A DNA stretch of 64,000 nucleotides from Candidatus Aminicenantia bacterium (lineage in GTDB: Bacteria; Acidobacteriota; Aminicenantia; Aminicenantales; Saccharicenantaceae): positions 1,370 through 65,369 of the forward strand of contig JBGOYY010000010.1 in the NCBI GenBank assembly GCA_041479905.1. The letters run 5' to 3'. Positions 36,840 to 45,138 of the stretch are shown here, one piece after another. The notes under the pieces were generated by a model that was given only the letters and a program-made list of their open reading frames with translations, made no database searches and had not been told where the DNA came from. Position 1 is the first letter of the stretch, and every line of letters begins with the position of its first letter. Both the position numbers and the translations under genes were made by a program.

Positions 36840-37376
36840 ATGAGAAAATCTCCTATTTTTCGTTCCAAAGTCTTGATTGTGTTTTTGGCTGCGGCATTCA
36901 TCCTGCTGACGGTTCCCGTCCGGGATTTCGCCGCGGGCGCGCCTAAAGCGAATGGGGCGCTTTCCGGCTACATCTACGGCGAGGACATGAGAACACCCGT
37001 CCGCAACGCCGTGGTCAAGCTCCGTAACGTGGCCAGCCAGAAGGAGTACGAGAGCGAGCCGACCGATCTCGAGGGGATGTACAGGATCCCTGGGATCGAG
37101 GAAGGCCGTTATGTGATGGGGGTCATGTCCGTCCAGGGAGACTACAACTTCCATTACAGCATCCTCATCAAGTCGGACGCGCTGGCCAAGCTCTCGGTGG
37201 CCATGAAGCCCAATAGCGCCCCCGTGCGGATCGAGCAGGGGACGAGCACGACCGAGAAAAAGGGCATCGGCGATTTCTTCAAGTCACCGGCCGGCATCCT
37301 GACCCTGATCACCGTCGTAGAAGTCACGCTTTTCGCCATCGTCCTGAGCGAGGGTGAAGCTTCGCCGATCCGCTAA
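36840..37376 (+). CDS. Paralog 2: same architecture, tag FFKSPAGI-TM-EGEASPIR
   Basis: NAVVKLRNVASQKEYESEPTDLEGMYRIPGIEEGRYVMGV and the end ..DFFKSPAGILTLITVVEVTLFAIVLSEGEASPIR. GGGGAGG RBS. Confidence 0.8.
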   Translation: MRKSPIFRSKVLIVFLAAAFILLTVPVRDFAAGAPKANGALSGYIYGEDMRTPVRNAVVKLRNVASQKEYESEPTDLEGMYRIPGIEEGRYVMGVMSVQGDYNFHYSILIKSDALAKLSVAMKPNSAPVRIEQGTSTTEKKGIGDFFKSPAGILTLITVVEVTLFAIVLSEGEASPIR

Positions 37377-37442
37377 GCGGTCGGCCATATTTTGTGTACG
37401 ATTCTGGGAGCCCGGGAGGCTCAAAAAAGGGGAGGTTTTTTT

Positions 37443-37946
37443 ATGAGAAAATCGATTTCGAAGTCTAGGTGGATGATCTGGGGGGCGCTGGCGGCGTTCT
37501 CGCTCTTTATCGTCCCGGTCGGCGAAGTAGCCTGGGCGAAGGCCGAGGGCGGCTCGCTCGTCGGGTTCGTCTACGCGCAGGACTTGAAGACGCCCGTAGT
37601 CGGCGCCGTCGTCAAGGTCCGGAATATCGCCAACCAGAAGGAATTCGCGAGCGGCACGACCGATGCCAACGGGATGTACAAGATCGACGGCGTCGATGAA
37701 GGCCGGTACATTCTGGGCGTCACGGCGACGCAGGGCGATTTCAACTTCGATTACGTCATGCTTCTCAAGGGCGGCGAGATGGCCAAGCTGTCGGTCGCCC
37801 TGGCACCCGGGGGGCAGACCACGGGCGCAGACGCACCGAAGAAAAGCTTCTTCAAGTCGCCGATAGGGATCATCACGATAGTTGTGGTGGCCGGGGCGCT
37901 CCTCTTCGTTATCTTCCACGAAGGCGAAGCCTCACCGATCAGGTAA
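37443..37946 (+). CDS. Paralog 3: same architecture, tag FFKSPIGI-TM-EGEASPIR
   Basis: ATG 37443 is preceded by GGGGAGG. Sequence features: GAVVKVRNIANQKEFASGTTDANGMYKIDGVDEGRYILGV and the end ..SFFKSPIGIITIVVVAGALLFVIFHEGEASPIR. Confidence 0.8.
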   Translation: MRKSISKSRWMIWGALAAFSLFIVPVGEVAWAKAEGGSLVGFVYAQDLKTPVVGAVVKVRNIANQKEFASGTTDANGMYKIDGVDEGRYILGVTATQGDFNFDYVMLLKGGEMAKLSVALAPGGQTTGADAPKKSFFKSPIGIITIVVVAGALLFVIFHEGEASPIR

Positions 37947-38017
37947 GCCGCAGAACTCGACATGAGATAGGGGTCGGACCACAGCGAGTCCAATAAAATC
38001 AATCGCTTAACTCTGTT

Positions 38018-38050
38018 TTAAGGCCGATTTAGGGCCTTAATTCTACGTTT
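38018..38050 (+). terminator. Candidate intrinsic terminator after the paralog array
   Basis: TTAAGGCC-gatttag-GGCCTTAA (8-bp perfect stem), followed by ttctacgtttt. Confidence 0.4.
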
Positions 38051-38137
38051 TCACCCCCAAAAATCCCGAAATAGCGCCAAGGGCGGAGGTGTGGTAATTC
38101 CCACTGTTTTTTCATATGATACGGGCTCGAGTTTAAG

Positions 38138-40279
38138 TTGATCAGACACATCGTCTTCTGGGGGCTCTGCGCGGTACTTGTCTTCGTCCCCCTGCCCATC
38201 GGCTCGGTCGAGGAGTGGGCCATATTCGTGTTCGAGGCGGCGACGATCGGCCTGTTCCTCGTTTACCTGGGCGGGGAGATAGCCAGCCGAAGAAAACGTC
38301 TCATGGAGGACGATCCCCTGGCGCCTACTCCGGCCCGCCTTCCTTTCGTCTTCAAGATCCTCCTCGCCGTCTTCCTAGCGGTCTCTTTTCTCCAGGTCGT
38401 GCCGCTTCCCGCATCAATCGTCAAGGTCCTCTCGCCCCAGGCTTACGGAATCACCCTCGGCCTCGTCCGCGACGGGCTCGCCGCGCCGTCGGGATGGCTG
38501 ACGCTATCGCTTGCGCCGAGCGCCACCCTGTCCGAGCTCATCCTCATCCTCTGCTACGGGATTTTCGGTTTTCTCGTCCTGCGCACGGTCCGCTCCCGGC
38601 GCCAGGTCGAGATCTTCGTCCTGGTCATGATCGGATCGGCCCTCTTCCAGGCCTTCTACGGCATGGCGGAGACGTTCAGCGGTTCGGAGAGAATTTTCGG
38701 ATACACGAAGAAATATCCTGGAAGCGTGACCGGAACTTACATCAACCGCAACCACTTCGCCGGCTTCCTGGAGATGGCCTTCCCGCTGAGTCTGGGCTAT
38801 CTCCTGGTCAAGGCCCGATACTTTGCCATGGAGAAGGGGCTGTCCATAAGGCAGAGGATCCTCTGGTTCGGCCAGGAGAGCCTCCAGTGGACGCTCCTCC
38901 TGGGACTCGTGCCCGCTTTCATCGGAGTCGGGCTTGTCTTTTCCAAATCACGGTCCGGCATCATGGTCCTCGTCGTCACGGCCGTCCTCGCCGCCGCGGC
39001 GACCGCTTCGTGGCGCGAATTCTCCGAGGAGGAAGGGGAGGGGTCCGAGCGTGGGACAAAGCGCCGTTTCGGGAGGATCGTCCGTCTCGTCGTCATGGTC
39101 GTCCTGGCCGCGGCGGTCTGGCTCGGCATCGGTCCGGTCATCGACCGGTTTTCCGAGATGGACATTTCCTACGAGGCCCGGCGCCTTTTTTACGAGAACA
39201 CACTCCACATGATCGGCGATTTCCCATTGGCCGGGACGGGCAAGGGGACCTATGTCGACGCCTATGCCATGTATGAGAAGGTCGACGACGGCATGAAGCT
39301 TTCGTACGCCCATAACGACTACCTGGAGTTCGCGGCCGAGAACGGCGTCGTCGCCGGCGGGGCGCTCGCCGCGGCCGGCATCGGATTGGCCGTCTGGCTG
39401 GCGGCGATGTGGCGCCGTCGCCGGAGCTCGTTCGCCAAGGGCATCGGGCTCGGGGCCATACTGGGCGTCACGGCCATCCTCATCCACGGCTTCACAGACT
39501 TCAACCTCCAGATCCCGGCCAACGCGGTCTACTTCACGGCGCTGGCCATGCTGGGGGTGGTGGTGTTGGGGAGGGCGGGACGAGGAGAAGAAAGGGGGCA
39601 TGTCCCCAAAGAGGCCGGCAGGAGACGCCTCAAGCGGCTCGGCCCGCCCCTCGCGGCCCTCCTGGCCTTGGGCCTCTTCGCCGCCGCTTTCCACGATTTC
39701 CGCGGCTTCCAATACCTGGGGCAATACAGCCGGGCCCGGAGCGAGGCGCGGAGCGTCGAGAGCGCTTTCCCGGCGCTCGAAGCTCTCCTCGAGAAGGCCG
39801 TGAACGCCTCCCCTCTGTCCGAGTTCCGGATCGAGCTGGCCCGGCTCTACACGGAGATGGCCCGTGTCGCCAACGACTCGGGACGCGAAGAAGAGCGCGA
39901 AGTTTTCTGCGACCGTGCTGCCTCGGCCTACGAGCGGGCCATCGCCGCGAACCCCGTCCACGCCTTCACCTATTACGAGACGGGGCTCGTCTATCTCCTC
40001 TCCAACTATCCACTGATGACCTACGCCGACCGGGCCAAGACATACTTCCGCAAGGCCATCGAGCTCAAGCCGGCCGACGATTTCCTCAACCTGAACGTCA
40101 TCTTCCTCTATTTCAATTGGTGGCAGACGCTCGAGGATACGGAGAAGTCCTATGCGGCCGGCCTCTGCCGCCAGGCCGTCGCTCGCGACCCCGGTTTCGG
40201 CGCCAAGCTCGAAGCCCGCTGGAAGCAGAGCTTCAAGACGGCCGACCGCCTCGCCGCCATCCTGGCCGAGATGCAGTGA
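38138..40279 (+). CDS. O-antigen-ligase-family (Wzy_C) polytopic membrane protein fused to a C-terminal TPR-like domain
   Basis: 713 aa with a TTG start. Wzy_C signature SYAHNDYLEFAAENGVVAGG. The C-terminal roughly 230 aa are soluble, with TPR-like repeats (..AFTYYETGLVYLL...AKTYFRKAIELKPADD..). Confidence 0.8.
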   Translation: MIRHIVFWGLCAVLVFVPLPIGSVEEWAIFVFEAATIGLFLVYLGGEIASRRKRLMEDDPLAPTPARLPFVFKILLAVFLAVSFLQVVPLPASIVKVLSPQAYGITLGLVRDGLAAPSGWLTLSLAPSATLSELILILCYGIFGFLVLRTVRSRRQVEIFVLVMIGSALFQAFYGMAETFSGSERIFGYTKKYPGSVTGTYINRNHFAGFLEMAFPLSLGYLLVKARYFAMEKGLSIRQRILWFGQESLQWTLLLGLVPAFIGVGLVFSKSRSGIMVLVVTAVLAAAATASWREFSEEEGEGSERGTKRRFGRIVRLVVMVVLAAAVWLGIGPVIDRFSEMDISYEARRLFYENTLHMIGDFPLAGTGKGTYVDAYAMYEKVDDGMKLSYAHNDYLEFAAENGVVAGGALAAAGIGLAVWLAAMWRRRRSSFAKGIGLGAILGVTAILIHGFTDFNLQIPANAVYFTALAMLGVVVLGRAGRGEERGHVPKEAGRRRLKRLGPPLAALLALGLFAAAFHDFRGFQYLGQYSRARSEARSVESAFPALEALLEKAVNASPLSEFRIELARLYTEMARVANDSGREEEREVFCDRAASAYERAIAANPVHAFTYYETGLVYLLSNYPLMTYADRAKTYFRKAIELKPADDFLNLNVIFLYFNWWQTLEDTEKSYAAGLCRQAVARDPGFGAKLEARWKQSFKTADRLAAILAEMQ

Positions 40280-40372
40280 CTTCCCGCGCCGGCGCAGGAG
40301 CGGTCTGATGAGGATCTGGCGAAATTGATTTTCAGGTCAAAAAAGGGCATACTAATCACACGAGGGTAGACA

Positions 40373-40582
40373 ATGAAAAAAGAAACGAAAGTCCAAAAAA
40401 ACCTAACTCTAATATACTGGAAGGGCAAACGCTACTGGCTGGGAAAACTCGTCGAGAATCCAGAGATCATGTCCCAAGGCAGGACCCTCAAAGAGTTGAT
40501 CGAGAACATTAAGGACGCCTATTATCAGATGACCCTCGACGAGGTCCCCGCGGATTACCGAACTCTCGAAATCTCCGTATGA
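40373..40582 (+). CDS. hicB: HicB-like antitoxin (short form, no obvious DNA-binding extension)
   Basis: 69 aa: ..GKLVENPEIMSQGRTLKELIENIKDAYYQM.. Its stop overlaps the hicA ATG (ATGA). Confidence 0.6.
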   Translation: MKKETKVQKNLTLIYWKGKRYWLGKLVENPEIMSQGRTLKELIENIKDAYYQMTLDEVPADYRTLEISV

Positions 40583-40761
40583 AACGGAAGGAATTTATCC
40601 GCCAACTCACTGAAGGCGGTTGTGTTCTATATCGTCACGGTTCCCGTCACGACATCTACATAAACGCCATCAACGGTAAAAAACAACCCGTTCCCCGTCA
40701 TGGGGAAATCGAAGAGCCTCTGGCCAAGCACATTAAGAAGTACTTGGGACTATCCGACTAG
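40579..40761 (+). CDS. hicA: HicA mRNA-interferase toxin
   Basis: 60 aa: MKRKEFIRQLTEGGCVLYRHGSRHDIYINAINGKKQPVPRHGEIEEPLAKHIKKYLGL. Confidence 0.8.
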   Translation: MKRKEFIRQLTEGGCVLYRHGSRHDIYINAINGKKQPVPRHGEIEEPLAKHIKKYLGLSD

Positions 40762-40875
40762 ACCCGGAGTAGGTTGAGTAGGTTGCTTCTTTTTCGCCCA
40801 GAAAACACGGCTTCAAGACCGGGTTTTCGCAATTAAACAATGCACAAGGCTTAAGACCCGGTTGATTCTTCACAC

Positions 40876-40911
40876 TTGACATTCTTACATAATTAACATA
40901 TATGTTAATTA
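40876..40911 (+). promoter_or_regulatory. Sigma70-like promoter overlapped by a perfect 22-bp palindrome (candidate operator) upstream of the AbiE-like pair
   Basis: TTGACA at 40876-40881, a 17-nt spacer, then TATATG at 40899-40904. The palindrome TAATTAACATATATGTTAATTA spans 40890-40911. Confidence 0.55.
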
Positions 40912-40926
40912 ACTAGGAATTGCTCG

Positions 40927-41601
40927 ATGAACCAAAACCTTGCTGAAAGCCTGGCCGAGAGGCTCAAAATCGCTGTTGAACAGGTCGTCAGGGAGGAGTT
41001 TGAGCTTTCTCTCCTGAAGAGCCTTTTCGAATCCGGGATCGGCAAGGCCCTCGTATTCAAGGGCGGGACGGCTCTCCGCATCGCGTTCGGTTCCCCGCGT
41101 TTCTCGGATGACCTGGATTTCTCCGCAAGCTTTGCCGTCCCCGAGGCGGCTTTTCGGACGGCCGCCCGGGCGGCTCTAAAAGGTCTGCCCGAGGCAACCC
41201 TCGTAGAAGCGCCGGCCAAGCGCTTTACCCTGTTCGCCCTTTACAGGTTCAATGTCCCCTACATCGCGCGCCCCTTCTCCATTAAGGTCGAGGTTTCGAC
41301 CCGGGAGGAGAGCCGCCGCCAGGCCGACGAGTCGGAGCTCCGGCTCCTTTCGAGCGAGGTCACGAATCTCACGGTCCTCGCCCGGGTCGCGACGCTCGAA
41401 CGGGCCCTCGAAGACAAGAAGGCTGCCTTTGCCGCGAGGCGCCAGCCGCGCGACCTATACGACCTGTGGTTCATCTCCCAGAAGCTGGGGCTCCCCTTTA
41501 AGGCGGACCTCGCCGGTTTCGACCCGAGGATCGTCAGGCGGGAGCTCAGGAAATACCTTCCCAGGGCCCACTGGAGCGTCATCGACCAATGGACAGGATA
41601 A
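40927..41601 (+). CDS. Nucleotidyltransferase AbiEii/AbiGii-family toxin (DUF1814)
   Basis: 224 aa. Motifs VFKGGTALRIAFGSPRFSDDLDFS and RQPRDLYDLWF. Confidence 0.8.
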   Translation: MNQNLAESLAERLKIAVEQVVREEFELSLLKSLFESGIGKALVFKGGTALRIAFGSPRFSDDLDFSASFAVPEAAFRTAARAALKGLPEATLVEAPAKRFTLFALYRFNVPYIARPFSIKVEVSTREESRRQADESELRLLSSEVTNLTVLARVATLERALEDKKAAFAARRQPRDLYDLWFISQKLGLPFKADLAGFDPRIVRRELRKYLPRAHWSVIDQWTG

Positions 41602-42203
41602 AGCCGCGGGATATAGACCTCGTCAGACAACTGGCCAGGTTCAACAAGCCTTTCTGGTCGGTGGCCGACCTTGAGAAGGTCCTGGGGTACGGGTCCAGGA
41701 AGAGCCTCCTCGTCGCGCTCCATCGGCTGACCGCGTCGGGGATCCTGGAAAGGGTCCGCCAGGGTTATTATCGGGTTTCGACGCGCCCCGCGGACGAGGC
41801 CGCCCTGGCCAACGTCCTATACAGGCCTTCTTATTTGTCTTTCGAGTCGGCCCTGGCACGTCATGGGATCCTGAGCCAGATCCCTTACACCATGACGTTC
41901 GCCACGACCCGGCGGTCCAAGAGGATGACGATCGGCGGCCGGGAGGCGGAATTCCGACAGATCAAGAAGGATCTGTTTTTCGGGTACAGACTCGAAGGCG
42001 GTCTTTATGTCGCCGAGCCGGAGAAGGCGCTGTTGGACGAGCTCTACATGATGAAGAGGGGTAGGGCTGCGATTCCGCTCGAGGAGCTGGACGTCGACAG
42101 GCTGTCAAAGGGAAGGCTTCGGGAATTCGCGTCACGCTTCCCGGACAGTGTGCGGGATCAGGTCTCAACATCGAAAGAACTCTTTTTCGCCGCAACACGT
42201 TAA
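41589..42203 (+). CDS. AbiEi-like (winged-helix) antitoxin / transcriptional regulator
   Basis: 204 aa. ..WSVADLEKVLGYGSRKSLLVALHRLTASGILERVRQGYYRV.. and a C-terminal ..YVAEPEKALLDELY. Overlaps the upstream gene by 13 nt. Confidence 0.7.
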   Translation: MDRIKPRDIDLVRQLARFNKPFWSVADLEKVLGYGSRKSLLVALHRLTASGILERVRQGYYRVSTRPADEAALANVLYRPSYLSFESALARHGILSQIPYTMTFATTRRSKRMTIGGREAEFRQIKKDLFFGYRLEGGLYVAEPEKALLDELYMMKRGRAAIPLEELDVDRLSKGRLREFASRFPDSVRDQVSTSKELFFAATR

Positions 42204-43435
42204 ATCTCGCGGAGGTCGATCCTCCCCAGGTCACCCGTTCCCAGCCCTTTCCTGGCGCAGGCGGCGACGTGCGTCGCGATGCCGCGGATCGATCCGAGCC
42301 CCTGGGCCGCCCGCTTTTCCTCGAGGATGTCGAGCCCGATCCGGTCCATGGCCACCGGGTCGCGGCTGAAAAAGATACGGTTGTCGCGGGCGATCTGCGC
42401 TCCGGCCACGCTTACGGTTGAGATTTTGGCGGCCTCGCCGATGTGCAGGACCGTCTTGTCCTTGAGGCAAGGCTGGGCCAGGATCTCGGGGATGGACTTC
42501 TCGCAGTAGTCGATGTGGAAGCGGACCTTGTTCGTGGTCACGCCCAGAGCGATGTTCTTCGTCGCCCAGGTGACGCCGCTGTCCTCGTTATGCTTGAGGA
42601 CAGCGATGTTGACGAGCTTGGTGATGTCCTTCGTCACGATGTCCGCGAAGTAGGATTTCTCCTCGTCCTCGATGGCGACGCCGTCGAACTCGTTGGCGAC
42701 CTCCTCGGCGATCCTCTTGATGCCCTCGCGGTCGTTGTAATCCATGTAGAGCCGGCGGATTTCCTTGTCGTATTTTATGGCCTTTTCGTTGCCCTGCTGG
42801 ATGAGCGTCCAGAGCCAGGCGACCGAGTTGAAGATCTCTCGGTGCGAGCCCTCCTTGGTGAAACCGCGCCCCACGAGCTCCCGGAATTTCTTAAGAGTCC
42901 CGTCTTCGAACGAGACGTAAACCTTCCGGTCGTACCCCGTGACCCAGGGCACGACGCCCTCCCATTCGGTCGAACAGCCCATGACCCGCACTCCACTCGG
43001 GCCGCGGTTGATTTCGAGGCCCGTCCTGCGGAAGCCGCTGTCCATTCGGTCCCAGATGACGATGTTGTTTTCCTTCACGCCCGCGCTTTTCAGGCCGGCG
43101 ATCGTCTCGTTGATCGAGACGAGGGACGAGGAAATCCTAGGGGCGCCGATGCAGTTGATCTTGATGCCCACGACGTCGTCGGGGGAGACGAGCGACGACC
43201 AGGCGTTTTCTAGAGTCCCCTCGCCCGTGAGTTCCTTCAAGCCGGCGGCGAAAGCCCGATGGACGGCCCCGGCGTTGTATTCGAGGTCGACGAGCATGTC
43301 CTCTGCGGCGACGGATACGACCCGGCTTTTCCCCCCGGCCTTCGTCCCGCCGCGGCAGGCGACAGAGCCCCCGAACAGAGCCGCGCCCCCGGCGAGAACC
43401 GCCGAATTCCTGACGAATTGCCTGCGCGTTATCAT
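42200..43435 (-). CDS. DUF362 domain protein with a twin-arginine signal peptide
   Basis: MITRRQFVRNSAVLAGGAALFGG and VVGIKINCIGAPRISSSLVSINETIAGLKSAGVKENNIVIWDR. Confidence 0.75.
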   Translation of the reverse strand: MITRRQFVRNSAVLAGGAALFGGSVACRGGTKAGGKSRVVSVAAEDMLVDLEYNAGAVHRAFAAGLKELTGEGTLENAWSSLVSPDDVVGIKINCIGAPRISSSLVSINETIAGLKSAGVKENNIVIWDRMDSGFRRTGLEINRGPSGVRVMGCSTEWEGVVPWVTGYDRKVYVSFEDGTLKKFRELVGRGFTKEGSHREIFNSVAWLWTLIQQGNEKAIKYDKEIRRLYMDYNDREGIKRIAEEVANEFDGVAIEDEEKSYFADIVTKDITKLVNIAVLKHNEDSGVTWATKNIALGVTTNKVRFHIDYCEKSIPEILAQPCLKDKTVLHIGEAAKISTVSVAGAQIARDNRIFFSRDPVAMDRIGLDILEEKRAAQGLGSIRGIATHVAACARKGLGTGDLGRIDLREI

Positions 43436-43466
43436 CTGACGACCTCCCTTGCTTGTGCTTGGCGCG

Positions 43467-45065
43467 TTATTTCCGCGCCGGTTTCAGCAGCAGGTCCTGG
43501 AAGTCGTAGCTGAAGTCCGTGTCAGGCGAGAAGGCCTTCATCCTGGCCTCGACGATGGCCCCGTCCGGGTCGAGCGTGAAGGTGACGTAGGCGTCGGCCC
43601 GAAGCTCGCGATCGCGCCAGCGGACGACGAACGTCTCCCGGCTCCAGTGCTCCATGTCGCCGACCATGCCCGGCGTCTTGGTGAAGCTCATGACGAGCTT
43701 GCCGCTCTCGCCCCCGCCTTCGAGCGCGATCGAGATCGGCCCGTACCAGGCGTCCTCGTAGGTCCCGGCGTAGTCCGCGAGCGGAAGCGATGGCCGGGCC
43801 GCCGTGTCCCTCTTTGCCGCCGCCTTCTTCAACGCCTCGGCCGTCCCCGCGATCCCCCTCTCGTTCACTTTCAGGTAGGCCTGCGCCCAGTCGGTCGGGG
43901 AGACGCCCATGGCCTGGTCGAGGACGGCGTAGATGACGGAGTTGTAGGCCGCGCCCGACTCCTGGTTGGTGAGGACCGTGATGCCCAGCCCGAGCTCGGG
44001 GACCATGACCAACCGGGAGACGTAGCCCGAAAGCCCGCCCGTGTGGCTGACGACCTTGCGGCCGCGGTAGTCGTTGACGCTGAAGCCGAGGGCGTAGCCG
44101 CGGAAGTTCATCCGCTGGGCGGCAAACTCAGCCGGCGGGTCGGAAATGGGGATCGGCGTCACGAGCGAAGTCAGTTCGCGCTCCGTTTTGGCCGCGAACA
44201 GCCTCGTCCCGTCGGCGAGGCGTCCCTCACCGAGGTGAACGAGCATCCACTTGGCCATATCCTCGGCGCACGACAAGATCCCGCCGGCGGGATTCATGTT
44301 GTCGTTCTCGTCGGGCGGCACCGGGACGATACCCGTTTCGAGCGGGGCGTGGGGGATGGCCACGTTCATCCCCGTGACATCGGCTGAGTGGCGAGGCCGA
44401 CTCCCCGCCATCCCCACCTTCTTCAGGATGCGCTCGGCGACGAAGTCTTCCCACGTCCGGCCGCTCACGGCGGCGATGACCTCGCCCGCGGCAAGATAGA
44501 GGATGTTGTCATAGGCGTAGGCGCCGCGGAAACTCGTCGCCGGCTTGACGAAGCGGAGGCGCTCGAGGATCTCGCGCCGGCTGTACGTCGACTCCGGGAA
44601 GATGAGGAGGTCGCCCGCGCCGAGCCCGAGGCCGCTCCTGTGGACGAGGAGGTCGCGGACGGTCATTTCGCGCGTGACGTATGGGTCCCACATCTGGAAC
44701 CAGGGCAGGTAGCGGATGACGGGCGCGTCCCACGCAATTTTCCCTTCCTCGACGAGAAGGCCGAGGGCCGTGGCCGTGAAGGCCTTGGTGTTCGAGGCGA
44801 TGCCGAAGAGGGTTTGGGCGTTGACGGGCGCCGCCTCGCCGAGCTTGCGGACGCCGTAGCCCTTGGCCAGAACGACCCGGCCGTCCTTGACCACGGCGAT
44901 ACCCATGCCGGGGACGGCGAAGGTCTTCATCGCCCGGGCGACCAGGGCGTCGAAACCCGGCGGGAGAGCTTCCGCCAGGGATTGAGTCTTGGCGCCCGAG
45001 GCCGGAATTAACCCTAATGCGACGACTAAAACGGCTATGACAAGGAAGACGGTTCGTTTTCTCAT
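43467..45065 (-). CDS. Serine hydrolase of the beta-lactamase / class C PBP family with a DUF3471-like C-terminal domain
   Basis: SxxK motif IASNTKAFTA and a signal peptide starting from MRKRTVFLVIAV (ATG at 45065). Confidence 0.8.
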   Translation of the reverse strand: MRKRTVFLVIAVLVVALGLIPASGAKTQSLAEALPPGFDALVARAMKTFAVPGMGIAVVKDGRVVLAKGYGVRKLGEAAPVNAQTLFGIASNTKAFTATALGLLVEEGKIAWDAPVIRYLPWFQMWDPYVTREMTVRDLLVHRSGLGLGAGDLLIFPESTYSRREILERLRFVKPATSFRGAYAYDNILYLAAGEVIAAVSGRTWEDFVAERILKKVGMAGSRPRHSADVTGMNVAIPHAPLETGIVPVPPDENDNMNPAGGILSCAEDMAKWMLVHLGEGRLADGTRLFAAKTERELTSLVTPIPISDPPAEFAAQRMNFRGYALGFSVNDYRGRKVVSHTGGLSGYVSRLVMVPELGLGITVLTNQESGAAYNSVIYAVLDQAMGVSPTDWAQAYLKVNERGIAGTAEALKKAAAKRDTAARPSLPLADYAGTYEDAWYGPISIALEGGGESGKLVMSFTKTPGMVGDMEHWSRETFVVRWRDRELRADAYVTFTLDPDGAIVEARMKAFSPDTDFSYDFQDLLLKPARK

Positions 45066-45138
45066 GACCGGAGGATAACCTAGTTGCCTTGGCTCTTGCA
45101 ACTATTGAAAACGCCCGCAAAAGGGCTATGATAAAGAG

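Noticed and set aside
38215-40308. 353-aa, 337-aa and 299-aa ORFs overlapping the Wzy_C::TPR gene
   Set aside because: They are alternative or antisense frames with Arg/Pro/Gly-rich low-complexity sequence. The 713-aa frame has coherent TM helices and the Wzy_C motif.
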